Positions 52,261 through 61,781 of a stretch of 64,000 nucleotides of DNA are shown here, piece after piece. The position numbers were made by a program, and so were the translations under genes. The notes beneath the pieces are model-generated. The model searched no databases. It was given only the letters and a program-made list of their open reading frames with translations, and was not told the origin of the DNA. How positions within the stretch are numbered: position 1 is the first letter of the stretch; every line of letters begins with the position of its first letter. Source of the stretch: an uncultured Pseudomonadota bacterium (lineage in GTDB: Bacteria > Pseudomonadota > Alphaproteobacteria > JACZXZ01); contig CAVVLJ010000021.1 in the NCBI GenBank assembly GCA_963749075.1, forward strand, positions 192,001-256,000, read 5' to 3'.

Positions 52261-55040
52261 AGCTCGGGCCTCCAGCTCAGACTGAGGGTCAGCGTCAGGC
52301 TGTCCACGCGCTGGCCGTCGTAAGTCTGGCTGCCGAGCTCGAAGCCGGCGGCGATCTCGAAGGCCTCGCTCAGCTTGAGCCGGTGGCGATAGGCGAGCGT
52401 GGCGGCGGGGCTGGTGCCGAAGCGCTCCTCCCAATAGCCGCCGGCGCTGAGCGAGAGCTCGTGCTGCCAGCTCAGCTCATAGCGGCGGTAGAGCACCTGG
52501 ACCGCCTCGAAGCCGAGCACCGGCAAGAGGTCGTGGCGCGGGCTGTAATAGCTCGTGTTGGAGCGCGTGCTGGCCGAGGTGGCGAGCTCGGCGGTGCCGT
52601 CGAGGCTAAGGTGCGGCTCGCTCCACAGCCGCTCGCTATAGTGCCCGTCGAGGGACGGCCGCAGGTTGCCGTCGGAAAAGCCCATGACGGCGGCGGTCAG
52701 GCTGGCCGCGCGGGATTCGCTCTCGCGCCAGGTGAGCGTGCCGCTGCCCTCGTCGGCCGTGACCCCCGCCTTGAGCGCCGGCAAGGGCGTGTCCTTGGCG
52801 AAGAGCTCGCCCTTGCCGTCTAGGTGCCACTGGTCGTCGAGCGCCCAGGCGGCGCTGAGTGCTGCACCCGGCTTGTCGCTGCCATAGCTGTTGAGGCTGG
52901 CCTCGGCCGCGGCGGTGAGCGGACCGGAGCGCCACTCGAGGCCGGCCGCGTGGCGGAAATAGTTTTCCTCGCCGGCCGCGGTCTCCTGCTCGGCGATGTA
53001 TTCGCCGGCAAAGGCGCGCCATTGGTAGAGGATCGGCGCCGAGAAGAGGTGCCCATCGAAGGCGACGCCATTGCCGCCCGCCACGCTGGTCGCCGATTCG
53101 AAGGTCTTGCCGAGCGAGATGGTGAGCTCGGGGCGCTCATGGATGTCCCAGGCCTCGGCGAGACGCTGGGCGTCGCGGCGCTCGGGGTAGCGCCGCATCA
53201 AGTCCGAGGCCTCCGCCGCGGCGCGCTCGTAGTCCTGAAGCGCCAGCGCATTGCTCCCCTCGTCGGCGGCGAGCGCCGGATCGTTGGGCGCGAGTGCGGC
53301 GGCTACGTCGTATTCCTCCTGCGCCTTGCCCGGCCAGCCGCGCGCGCGGTAGACGCTGGCCAGGCTCATGAGAAAGGCCGGGTTGGCGGGGGCGGCGTCC
53401 ACCAGCGCCTCGGTCATCGCCTCGGCCCGCGGCAGCTCGTCCGCGTAGAGCCGCGCGGAGGCGGCGGCGAGGTCGGCCGTCTCGCGCGCCGGATTGGGCA
53501 GCGGGTTGACCCCGCCCTTGAGCCACAGCCACTTGCTCTGAGCCGCGTCGAGCTTATCGATGAGGGCGACCGCCTTGTCGAGCTCCTCGAGCTCGACGAG
53601 GGAATAGAAGAGCCCGAGCGAGGGAGTGAAGCTGCCGCCCTCGCGCTCGAGCGCGCGTTCGTAGAGCGCACGCGCCTGCTCGGGCTCGCGCAGATAGAGA
53701 TAGGCGTCGGCCGCGGCCTCGAGCGCATAGGGCGGGAGGTCCACCTTCTCTGCGCTGAGCCCCTCGTACTCGCGCACGAGATCCGCCATGCGCGCGCGGT
53801 CGCGATAGGCGATCATGCGGTCGAGGCGCGCGCGCATGAGATCGTCCTTGGCCGCATCGCCTGCGGCCGCGAAGTGCGCGATGAGCGCGTCGAGCCGTGC
53901 GATCGCCGCATCGGTCACGGCGAAGCGCTTCGCCTCGGATTCCGGCTCGAGCGAGCCGAAGCGCACAAGCTCGGCGGCATCGCTGCCCTCGAGGCGGTGC
54001 TGCTCCTCGTCCGTGACGAGGCCGGGCGACGCTTCCGCCAGCGCGAGCGCCTGGTGCGGGGCGCCCATGCGCTCGATCGCGAGGATGCGCGCCCGCGCAG
54101 CCTCCTTGTCCTGAGGTGCCAGCTCGAGCGCCTGGTCGTAGCGGCGCAGCGCCTCGACGGGCTGGTCGAGCGCCATGGCCGCATAGCCCGCCGCCATGAG
54201 AACTGGCAGCGTGCGGCGCCGCTGGAGCGCCGCGTCCGCCTGCGAGAGCGCTGTCACCGCGTCGCCCATGTCGGTGAGCACGAGTATCTCGCCCGCCGCG
54301 AAGTCCGGCTCGCCGGGAAAGCGGCGGCGGCCTTCGGCGTAGATCTTGAGCGCTTGCGGCCAGCGCTTGAGATCGCGGTAGGCGCGCCCTGCCGCGGACA
54401 GCACGTAGGCCGGCTGCCCTGGCGGCAGCCGCGCAAAGAGTGCTGCGGCCTCGGCTTGGCGGCCGGCCCAGGCGAGGACCGCGAGCTCGTCGCGGATGAC
54501 GGCGAGATTGCCGGGCTCCTTTTCCGCGAGCGCCGTCAGGATGGCGAGCGCCTGAGCGTTATCGCCGGTGCGCGCGAGCTTGACCGCGAGCTCGTGCGCC
54601 GCCTCGTCGCCGCTCGGGGGAGTTGCCGTTTCCACGGCGGCGCGCAGGGGAGCCGCCGCCCTGCTGCGGACTGCGCTTCCGGGCGCTTGCGCCGGCGGCG
54701 GAGCCGCGGCTTCGGCGGTCCTGGCGAGGGGCGCCGGCGCGGCCCCGGGCTCAGGCACCTGGCTCGTCGGCTTCCGGCTCATGTCTTGCGCCTTGGTGGC
54801 CCGCTCCGCAGCACTCTCGTCCTCCCCGGCGTCCTCCCCGGCGTCTTTTCCAGCGTTGCCTCCGGCAGCGGCAGAGTCGGCCGCGGGCGGTCCCCTGCAG
54901 ACGGGAAATTCCTCGGGAGGAGGCGCCTCGCCGTGCGGCGCGCTCGCGCGCCGGGCCCAATAGAGGGCGGCGACCGCGGTGGCGCCGAAGATCAAGGCGG
55001 CCATGCAGGTCAGTGCGATATGGCGCCTGTGGCCTGCCAT
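52257..55040 (-). CDS. pgaA: PNAG export porin PgaA (TPR + beta-barrel)
   Basis: TPR region, RGWP motif, C-terminal barrel with FSDGN.R, YYSP, YDG; first gene of pgaABCD. Confidence 0.88.
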   Translation of the reverse strand: MAGHRRHIALTCMAALIFGATAVAALYWARRASAPHGEAPPPEEFPVCRGPPAADSAAAGGNAGKDAGEDAGEDESAAERATKAQDMSRKPTSQVPEPGAAPAPLARTAEAAAPPPAQAPGSAVRSRAAAPLRAAVETATPPSGDEAAHELAVKLARTGDNAQALAILTALAEKEPGNLAVIRDELAVLAWAGRQAEAAALFARLPPGQPAYVLSAAGRAYRDLKRWPQALKIYAEGRRRFPGEPDFAAGEILVLTDMGDAVTALSQADAALQRRRTLPVLMAAGYAAMALDQPVEALRRYDQALELAPQDKEAARARILAIERMGAPHQALALAEASPGLVTDEEQHRLEGSDAAELVRFGSLEPESEAKRFAVTDAAIARLDALIAHFAAAGDAAKDDLMRARLDRMIAYRDRARMADLVREYEGLSAEKVDLPPYALEAAADAYLYLREPEQARALYERALEREGGSFTPSLGLFYSLVELEELDKAVALIDKLDAAQSKWLWLKGGVNPLPNPARETADLAAASARLYADELPRAEAMTEALVDAAPANPAFLMSLASVYRARGWPGKAQEEYDVAAALAPNDPALAADEGSNALALQDYERAAAEASDLMRRYPERRDAQRLAEAWDIHERPELTISLGKTFESATSVAGGNGVAFDGHLFSAPILYQWRAFAGEYIAEQETAAGEENYFRHAAGLEWRSGPLTAAAEASLNSYGSDKPGAALSAAWALDDQWHLDGKGELFAKDTPLPALKAGVTADEGSGTLTWRESESRAASLTAAVMGFSDGNLRPSLDGHYSERLWSEPHLSLDGTAELATSASTRSNTSYYSPRHDLLPVLGFEAVQVLYRRYELSWQHELSLSAGGYWEERFGTSPAATLAYRHRLKLSEAFEIAAGFELGSQTYDGQRVDSLTLTLSLSWRPEL
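54819..54866 (-). repeat. 12-bp imperfect tandem repeat x4 (AGGN-AGKD-AGED-AGED) in the PgaA N-terminal linker
   Basis: gtcctccccggc x2, gtcttttccagc, gttgcctccggc. Confidence 0.7.
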
Positions 55041-55419
55041 CGCCAAGCGCCCCGGATCGCCAGATCGGCCACGGCCCCGCCCTCCATGCCGCCTTCATCG
55101 ACGGTTCCCGCGCCCGCCGCGCAGCAACGCCCGCACGTGCCGTCCGCACTCGGCGGCACGACATGGTCCTCTGCAATCTGGGATAGTCTGCTGCCCGCTT
55201 CCCTTCAGGGATTATTGTGGGCGGAAAATGCCATGGTCTTGGCAGGACTCGCAAGTGCAATAGTCCAAGCCCGACAAAGCTTCGCGCGGCTTGCCAAGGC
55301 TAAAGCCGTGCGCCTTCTTCCCCGCGGCCGTGCCGGGACGGGGTGCAGCAAGCGTACCATCGTATTGGATGCGCAGAGCGGCGGCACGGCACCTATGCCA
55401 CCGTGAAGCGAGCCGGCGG

Positions 55420-55845
55420 CTACGCCGCTTCTCCCAATAGCAAGATGCGATCGGCGTAGGTCCCTTGTCGGCGCACGGCGCCGGCAAAGATGTGATCGGC
55501 GGTGAGAAACTTGGCGTCTTCGGCAATGGCCAAGGCCAGATAGAGGCAGTCGGCGACGGCATGCCGGAGCTCCAGCGCCAACTCGAGTGCTGCCATGGCC
55601 AGCTCGCCATCCTCGGCGACGAGCGACAGGGGGAGCGTCAGGATGTCCTGGAAGGCTTGGCGCGCCTCGCCCGGGGAGAGCTCGCCCAGTGCTACCTTCC
55701 TTCTCAGCGCGTTGGCCGTCTCGACGAGAATGAAGGCGGGTGCGGCAAGTGCCCCGGCTCCCGCGGCCGCGGCGGAGGCCGCCTCGCTCCCAGACTCTTC
55801 GATCGCCAGCTTGACCGCCACCGAGGCGTCGAGCACCAGGCTCAA
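55420..55845 (-). CDS. vapC: Type II TA toxin, VapC/PIN domain
   Basis: LVLDASV, E.ANAL, DCLYLALA, LTAD acidic tetrad; TTG start overlapping antitoxin stop. Confidence 0.88.
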   Translation of the reverse strand: MSLVLDASVAVKLAIEESGSEAASAAAAGAGALAAPAFILVETANALRRKVALGELSPGEARQAFQDILTLPLSLVAEDGELAMAALELALELRHAVADCLYLALAIAEDAKFLTADHIFAGAVRRQGTYADRILLLGEAA

Positions 55846-56081
55846 CGGTCGCGCTCCTCGCGGATGAGGAGCGTGCTGTCGCTTTGCGCGGCACCGCCGC
55901 CGCGCAGCTTGGCCCGGCTGCGCAGCCGCGCCCAATAGTCGCCGCTCGCGGCCGCCATGCCGACCGCGGCGAGCAGAAGCTGACGCGCCTCCTCCTCCAT
56001 GCTACGGCCATGCTGGGCGGCGCGGATGCGCAGCCGCCGTATGGTCTCGTCGTCGAGGCGGCGGATGTTCAGGTTCGCCAT
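55842..56081 (-). CDS. FitA-like ribbon-helix-helix antitoxin
   Basis: MANLNIRRLDD...LRIRAAQHGRSMEEEARQLL; coupled to the PIN gene. Confidence 0.88.
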   Translation of the reverse strand: MANLNIRRLDDETIRRLRIRAAQHGRSMEEEARQLLLAAVGMAAASGDYWARLRSRAKLRGGGAAQSDSTLLIREERDR

Positions 56082-56114
56082 GGCACGGCGCTCCGTCGCA
56101 GCACTCTATGCGTA

Positions 56115-56132
56115 TTCATTGTATTCAATGAA
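56115..56132. promoter_or_regulatory. Palindromic operator upstream of the TA operon
   Basis: TTCATTG-TATT-CAATGAA perfect 7-bp arms in an AT-rich patch ~35 nt upstream of the antitoxin ATG. Confidence 0.65.
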
Positions 56133-56158
56133 GGCATATAGCCGGCTTCGGTCGGCCG

Positions 56159-57283
56159 TCACAAGCCCAAAATGGCGAGCTGGCGGGCGATGACCTTGCC
56201 CTCGTCGTAGAGCTCGAGCGCGCGCGCTCGGCCGGCAGCGCCCTGGCGCGCGCGGAGCGCCGGGTCGGCGGCGAGCCGCCTCAAGGCCGCGGCAAGCGCC
56301 ATAGCATTGCCCACGGGGACGAGGGCGCCGGTCTCGCCGGGCACCACCTCCTCGCGAGCACCTCGGATGTCGGTGGCGACCACCGGCAGCCCCGTCATCA
56401 TGGCCTCGATGATCGAGCGCGGCATGCCCTCGCGGTGGGAGGGCAGCGTGAAGATGTCGGCGGCGCGCATGAGCCGGGGCACGTCGTCGCGGTAGCCGAG
56501 AAGGCGGATGCGTGGCGCCAGCACGGCATCGCGCCGCACTGCCTCGAGCGCCTGGTCGATGGCCGAGGCATGGTCGCTCGGCAGGCGCTCGCCCACGACC
56601 CAGAGGGTGGCATCCACCTCGCGCATCGCGGCAAAGAGCTCGGGATAGCCCTTCTCGGCCACGAGGCGGCCGACCATGAGGATGACGACGGCGCTCTCCG
56701 GCACCTCGAGTGCTGCGCGCACGGCCATGCGCTCGCCCGGCTCGCTTGGCGGATGGAAGCGCTTGGGATCGACGCCGTTGCCGATCGCGAGGACGACGCC
56801 GCCGGCCGAGAGATGGTAGCGCCGGGCCGCTGCGGCATCCTCCGCCGACTGGGTGAAGACCACGTCGGTGAGGCGGCCCGCGAGCCACTCGAGGAGGATG
56901 AAGAACGCCCGCCGCCACGCCGGCATGCCATCGTGGAAATAGAAGCCGTGCGCGGTATAGACGATTCTCGGCACGCCCGCGCGCCAGGCGGCAAAGCGGC
57001 CGATGAGGGCGGCGACCGGCGTGTGCACATGGACGATGTCGAAGCGTTCGCGGCGGAAGAGGGCTACGAGGCGCCGGTAGCTCGCGAGGTGCTTGCGGAG
57101 ATCGAAGCTGCGCGCGATCTCGACCGCCTCGACCCTGAGGCCCAAGGCGCGCACCTTGTCGAGGAGCGGGCCGCCGGAGGCGACGCCGACCACCTCGTGC
57201 CCGGCCTCCTCGAGCGCGAGCATGAGGGGGGCTATGAAGTGGTAGAGGGTGAAATCGACGGCGCAGAGCTCGCAGATCTTCAT
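56159..57283 (-). CDS. Glycosyltransferase family 4
   Basis: HVHTP, YTAHGF, NGVD, GRLVAEKG, EGMPRSIIE. Confidence 0.92.
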   Translation of the reverse strand: MKICELCAVDFTLYHFIAPLMLALEEAGHEVVGVASGGPLLDKVRALGLRVEAVEIARSFDLRKHLASYRRLVALFRRERFDIVHVHTPVAALIGRFAAWRAGVPRIVYTAHGFYFHDGMPAWRRAFFILLEWLAGRLTDVVFTQSAEDAAAARRYHLSAGGVVLAIGNGVDPKRFHPPSEPGERMAVRAALEVPESAVVILMVGRLVAEKGYPELFAAMREVDATLWVVGERLPSDHASAIDQALEAVRRDAVLAPRIRLLGYRDDVPRLMRAADIFTLPSHREGMPRSIIEAMMTGLPVVATDIRGAREEVVPGETGALVPVGNAMALAAALRRLAADPALRARQGAAGRARALELYDEGKVIARQLAILGL

Positions 57284-57294
57284 GCCGCCCACCT

Positions 57295-59181
57295 TCACGC
57301 CGCCTGGCGCCGCTCCCACCACGCTTGGAAGGCGATGAGGGTCCAGAGCTGGGCCGAGCTGTCGCGCCGGCCGCTTGCGAGCTCGCGCACCCAGCGCTGC
57401 GGCAGCTCGGGCCGGAAGAGCCCTTGGCGGGCGAGGCGGACGGGGTCGGTGGCGCTGCGCACGAGGTCGCCGAGCTCGCCCTTGAGCCACTCCGCGATGG
57501 GGATCTCGAAGCCTTTCTTGGGCCGCGTCATGACCTCGGCGGGTAGCCGGCCGGCGAAGGCCTTGCGCAGGATGCGCTTGCCCGCGCCGGGTGCCAGCTT
57601 GAAGCGGCCCGGCATCGCCGCCGCGCACTCGACGACCCGGTGATCGAGGAAGGGGCAGCGCATCTCGAGGCTTGCGGCCATGCTCATGCGGTCGGCCTTG
57701 ACCAGCATGTCGCCCACCAGGCCGAGGCCGAGATCGGCATCGAGCATGGCGTTGAGCGGGTCGCCGTCGCGGGCCGACGTGCGCAGGCCGCCCACGAGCT
57801 CCTCGACCGTGGGGGCCGCCGCCGGCTCGGCGAAGAGGCCGTCGAGCTCGCCCTCCTCGAGATTGCGCGCCCAGCCGGCCTGGCGCGCTGCTGCCTCCTT
57901 CCAGCCATGGGCGGAGAAGCGGCGCAGCCGCCGCGCCCGCTCGTAGAGCGGCCGGCTCTTGTCCTCGGGCAGCAGGGTGAGCGGCGCCAGCGCCGCGCGC
58001 TTGAGCCACGCCGGGAGACAGCCGAAGCGGGCGGCCAGGAGCTCGCCCTGGTATTTGCGGTAGCCGCCGAAGAGCTCGTCCGAGCCGTCGCCCGAGAGCG
58101 CTACGGTGACGTGCCGCCGCGTCTCCCGTGCCACGAGATACTGCGGGATCGCCGAGCTGTCGGCGAAGGGCTCGTCGAGCCCGTCCCACACCTTAGGGAG
58201 CGCCTTGAGCGTCTCCTCGGGCGTGACCTCGATCTCCTCGTGGGCGGTGCCGAAATGCTCGGCCACAAGGCGCGCCGCCGGGCGCTCCTCGTAATAGTCG
58301 GCGGCACCCGCGAAGCCGACGGTAAAGGTGCGCACGCGCTCGGCGTGCGCCGCCATCAGGCTCACCACGATCGCCGAATCGAGGCCGCCCGAGAGAAAGG
58401 CGCCGAGCGGCACGTCTGCCACGAGGCGCATCTTGACCGCCTCGTCGAGGCGCTCGCGGAGCGCCTCGGCCGCCTCCTCCTCGCACGCGAAGGGCCGCGG
58501 CCGCGAGGCGGCGAGGTCGTAGAAGCGCTCGATCTTGAGGCCCGCGCGGGAGAAGCGCGCGAAGTGCCCGGCCGGCAGCTTGCTAACGCCGGCGCTGATC
58601 GACCACGGCTCGGGCACGTAGCGCAGCGCGAAATAGAGCCGCAGGGCCGTGCGGTCGAGCGTGCCGGCGCTGCCTGCGAGGCATTCGAGTGCCACGAGCT
58701 CGGAAGCGAAGTCGAGGGTGCCGCCTTCATGGCGGTATAGGAGCGGTTTCTTCCCGAAGCGGTCGCGCGCGAGCACGAGCTCGCCCGCCGCCTGATCCCA
58801 GATGGCGAAGGCGAACATGCCCTGGAGCCTGGGCAGGAGGGCGCTCCCCCATTCGCGCCAGCCCTCGAGCAGCACCTCGGTGTCGGAATGGCCGACGAAC
58901 TGGTGGCCGAGCCCCTGGAGCTCCTCGCGCAAGGCGGGGTAGTTGTAGATGCAGCCGTTGTAGCTGATGACGAGGCCAGCGCGCGCCATGGGCTGGGCGC
59001 CCGCGGGCGAGAGGTCGACGATGGCGAGACGTGCTGCACCGAGCGCGCAACGCTCGTCGAGGAAGCGCCCTTGCTGGTCCGGCCCGCGCGGATAGAGCCG
59101 CGCGATCGCCGCCTCGAGCCGTGGCGCGAGCGTGGTGCGATCGATGCCGCCGAGCGCCGCCCTGCCGACGATGCCGCACAT
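57295..59181 (-). CDS. asnB: Asparagine synthase (glutamine-hydrolysing) family amidotransferase
   Basis: MCGI N-terminal nucleophile, RGPD, RDRFGKKPL, LSGGLDS, SGDGSDELFGGY, KKGF. Confidence 0.93.
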   Translation of the reverse strand: MCGIVGRAALGGIDRTTLAPRLEAAIARLYPRGPDQQGRFLDERCALGAARLAIVDLSPAGAQPMARAGLVISYNGCIYNYPALREELQGLGHQFVGHSDTEVLLEGWREWGSALLPRLQGMFAFAIWDQAAGELVLARDRFGKKPLLYRHEGGTLDFASELVALECLAGSAGTLDRTALRLYFALRYVPEPWSISAGVSKLPAGHFARFSRAGLKIERFYDLAASRPRPFACEEEAAEALRERLDEAVKMRLVADVPLGAFLSGGLDSAIVVSLMAAHAERVRTFTVGFAGAADYYEERPAARLVAEHFGTAHEEIEVTPEETLKALPKVWDGLDEPFADSSAIPQYLVARETRRHVTVALSGDGSDELFGGYRKYQGELLAARFGCLPAWLKRAALAPLTLLPEDKSRPLYERARRLRRFSAHGWKEAAARQAGWARNLEEGELDGLFAEPAAAPTVEELVGGLRTSARDGDPLNAMLDADLGLGLVGDMLVKADRMSMAASLEMRCPFLDHRVVECAAAMPGRFKLAPGAGKRILRKAFAGRLPAEVMTRPKKGFEIPIAEWLKGELGDLVRSATDPVRLARQGLFRPELPQRWVRELASGRRDSSAQLWTLIAFQAWWERRQAA

Positions 59182-59249
59182 GCCGCCCTGCCGCTCCCTT
59201 ATGCGCTGCCGAGACGCTATTATCACAACCTCTGGAGCGGGGGGAAAGA

Positions 59250-60695
59250 ATGAGCGACCCGTGGGCAGGCGCCTCCGCGCGCAAGCAGGCGATCCGCGCG
59301 CGGGCGGACCGCCAGGCGGACGAGCGCCTCGCCTGGATGGCGCGCAACGCCTATTACTACGCGGAGGACCACCGCTATCTGCGCTTCCTCGTGCCAGCGG
59401 GGCTCAAGGTGCTCGAGCTCGGCTGCGGGGTCGGCGATAGCCTGGCGGCCCTCAGGCCCTCGCGCGGGGTGGGCATCGATTTCAGCGAGGCGGTGCTGCG
59501 TCTGGCGCGGGCGCGCCATCCGGAATTCGAGTACCGCCTCGGCGACGTGGAGGATCCGGCGACGCTCGAGGGCCTGGGCGGGCCCTTCGACGTCATCCTC
59601 CTCTCCGACACCATCGGCGAGCTCGAGGATTGCCAGGCGACGCTCGCCAGCCTGCGCCGCCTGGCTGCGCGCGACACCCGCATCGTCGTCTCCTACCACT
59701 CGACCATGTGGGAGCCGGTCCTCAAGCTCGGCGAATGGATCGGCCAGAAGATGCCTCAGGAGCGGCAGAACTGGCTCGCGACCGAGGACATCATGGCGCT
59801 CCTCGAGCTCGCCGGCTTCGAGGTGGTGAAGCGCGAGTGGCGCCAGCTCCTGCCCAAGCGCCTGCTGGGCCTCGGTCCACTCGTCAACCGCTACTTAGCA
59901 CCGCTGCCGCTCATCCGCCGCCTCGCCTTGCGCCACTACGTGGTGGCGCGGCCGCGGCCCAAGGAGCCGCTCGGCGATCTCTCGGCCAGCGTGCTCATCC
60001 CCTGCAAGAACGAGCGCGGCAACATCGAGCCCGCGGTCCGGCGCCTGCCGAGCTTCGCCAGCGAGCTCGAGATCCTCTTCGTCGAGGGCGGCAGCGGGGA
60101 CGGCACCAGGGAAGAGATCGAGCGCGTCATCTCAGCATATCCCGAGCGCCGCATGCGCCTCTTGACCCAGGACGGCAAGGGCAAGGGCGACGCGGTGCGC
60201 AAGGGCTTCGCCGCGGCCGCGGGCGAGGTGCTCATCATCCTCGATGCGGACCTCAGCGTGCCGCCGGAATGGATCCCGCGCTTCTACGAGGAGATCCGCT
60301 CGGGCCGCGGCGAGTTCGTCAACGGCTCGCGCCTCGTCTATCCGATGGAGGACGAGGCGATGCGCTTCCTCAACCTCGTCGCCAACCGGGTGTTCTCCTG
60401 GCTCTTCAGCTGGCTCTTGAACCAGCGTTTCACCGACACGCTCTGCGGCACCAAGGCGCTCGCGAAGCGCCATTACGAGCGCATCGTCGCCAGTCGCGCC
60501 TATTTCGGCGACTTTGATCCCTTCGGCGACTTCGACCTCATCTTCGGCGCCGCCAAGCTCAACCTCAAGGTCGTCGAGGTTCCCGTGCGCTACGCGAGGA
60601 GGCGCTACGGCGAGACGCAGATCGCGCGTTTCCGCCACGGCTGGCTGCTGCTCCGCATGGTGCTCTTCGCCTTCCGCAAGCTGAAGGCGTTCTGA
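59250..60695 (+). CDS. Class I SAM methyltransferase + GT2 glycosyltransferase fusion
   Basis: LELGCGVG; IPCKNE, LDADL, DTLCGTK, DPFGDFDL. Confidence 0.9.
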   Translation: MSDPWAGASARKQAIRARADRQADERLAWMARNAYYYAEDHRYLRFLVPAGLKVLELGCGVGDSLAALRPSRGVGIDFSEAVLRLARARHPEFEYRLGDVEDPATLEGLGGPFDVILLSDTIGELEDCQATLASLRRLAARDTRIVVSYHSTMWEPVLKLGEWIGQKMPQERQNWLATEDIMALLELAGFEVVKREWRQLLPKRLLGLGPLVNRYLAPLPLIRRLALRHYVVARPRPKEPLGDLSASVLIPCKNERGNIEPAVRRLPSFASELEILFVEGGSGDGTREEIERVISAYPERRMRLLTQDGKGKGDAVRKGFAAAAGEVLIILDADLSVPPEWIPRFYEEIRSGRGEFVNGSRLVYPMEDEAMRFLNLVANRVFSWLFSWLLNQRFTDTLCGTKALAKRHYERIVASRAYFGDFDPFGDFDLIFGAAKLNLKVVEVPVRYARRRYGETQIARFRHGWLLLRMVLFAFRKLKAF

Positions 60696-60714
60696 GGCCG
60701 ACCGCCGCTCCGAT

Positions 60715-60797
60715 CGTCATTCCCGCGAAAGCGGCAATCCATCGGCTCTGGACCCCCGCTCCCCGCCTTCGCGGGGACAAGCTTCGCGGGGGTGACG
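60715..60797. repeat. REP/RPE-like palindromic element with nested mini-hairpin
   Basis: GTCATTCCCGCGAAAGCGGCAATCCA ... TGGACCCCCGCT[CCCCGCCTTCGCGGGGACAAGC]TTCGCGGGGGTGAC. Confidence 0.75.
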
Positions 60798-60954
60798 GGA
60801 GAGATGGTTCCGCGTAAACGAGACATGCGAGCGACAGCGCTGCCCAATCGTTGGGCAATCCGAAAGCCACCCGCATGAGGCTTGGCAAAAGGCTTCGCTT
60901 GACACGCGCGGCCCGATCATCCGTATCATGTCCGAGGCTGCGGAGGCCGGTCGC

Positions 60955-61776
60955 ATGCGGGAGAACGACGCTGTCAGCAAGGCAAGGCGCGCGCCCGTGC
61001 TGCACTCCTGGTTCCATTCCTGGCGCTGGCTCGGGGCACTTTCCGTGCTCGGCGTTCTCGCCGTCTGGTATCTCCTGACCGAGCTCGCTCTGGTGCCCGC
61101 GGTGCTGCTGCCCGGCCCCGGCCTGGTCCTTGCCACCTTCATCGACATCGTGCAGCACGGCTACCGCGACACCACGCTGTGGCAGAACAGCGCTGCCACC
61201 CTGTGGCGCTGCGGCGCCGGTTTCGTGCTCGCCTGCCTGACGGGCGTGCCCCTCGGCCTCGCCATGGGGCAGAATGCGACGGTGCGCGCGGCTTGCGATT
61301 ACATCGTGCAATTCATGCGGCCGCTGCCGCCGCTCTCCTATCTCATCCTCCTCATCCTCTGGCTCGGCACGGGAGACGCGTCCAAGATCGCCCTCCTCTA
61401 TCTCACCGCCTTTCCCATCGTGGCCTCGAGCGCCATGGCGGGCGTGCGGGCGGCGAAGCTGCAGCGCATCCAGGCAGCGAAGGCGCTTGGTGCCTCGGAC
61501 TGGCACGTCTTCCGCCACGTCATCTTCCCCTCGGCGCTGCCGCTCATCTTCACGGGCGCCAGGATCGCCCTTGCCGCCGCCTTCTCGACCGTGGTCGCGG
61601 CCGAGCTCATGGCGGCGACCGACGGGCTCGGCTGGATGGTCTTCTCGGCAAGCCGCTTCCTGCGCAACGACATCATCATCATCGGCATCATCCTCCTGGG
61701 CGTCATCGGCATGGCGCTCAACAGGCTCATGCTGCTGGTGGACGGCGCGGTCGTCCACTGGCGCGGCGTGGAGTGA
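60955..61776 (+). CDS. Taurine/sulfonate-type ABC permease 1 (TauC/SsuC-like)
   Basis: LPGP, RPLPPLSY, AAKALGAS, VAAELM; GGAGG RBS before ATG 60955 (alternative start 60928). Confidence 0.88.
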   Translation: MRENDAVSKARRAPVLHSWFHSWRWLGALSVLGVLAVWYLLTELALVPAVLLPGPGLVLATFIDIVQHGYRDTTLWQNSAATLWRCGAGFVLACLTGVPLGLAMGQNATVRAACDYIVQFMRPLPPLSYLILLILWLGTGDASKIALLYLTAFPIVASSAMAGVRAAKLQRIQAAKALGASDWHVFRHVIFPSALPLIFTGARIALAAAFSTVVAAELMAATDGLGWMVFSASRFLRNDIIIIGIILLGVIGMALNRLMLLVDGAVVHWRGVE

Positions 61777-61781
61777 GCGCC

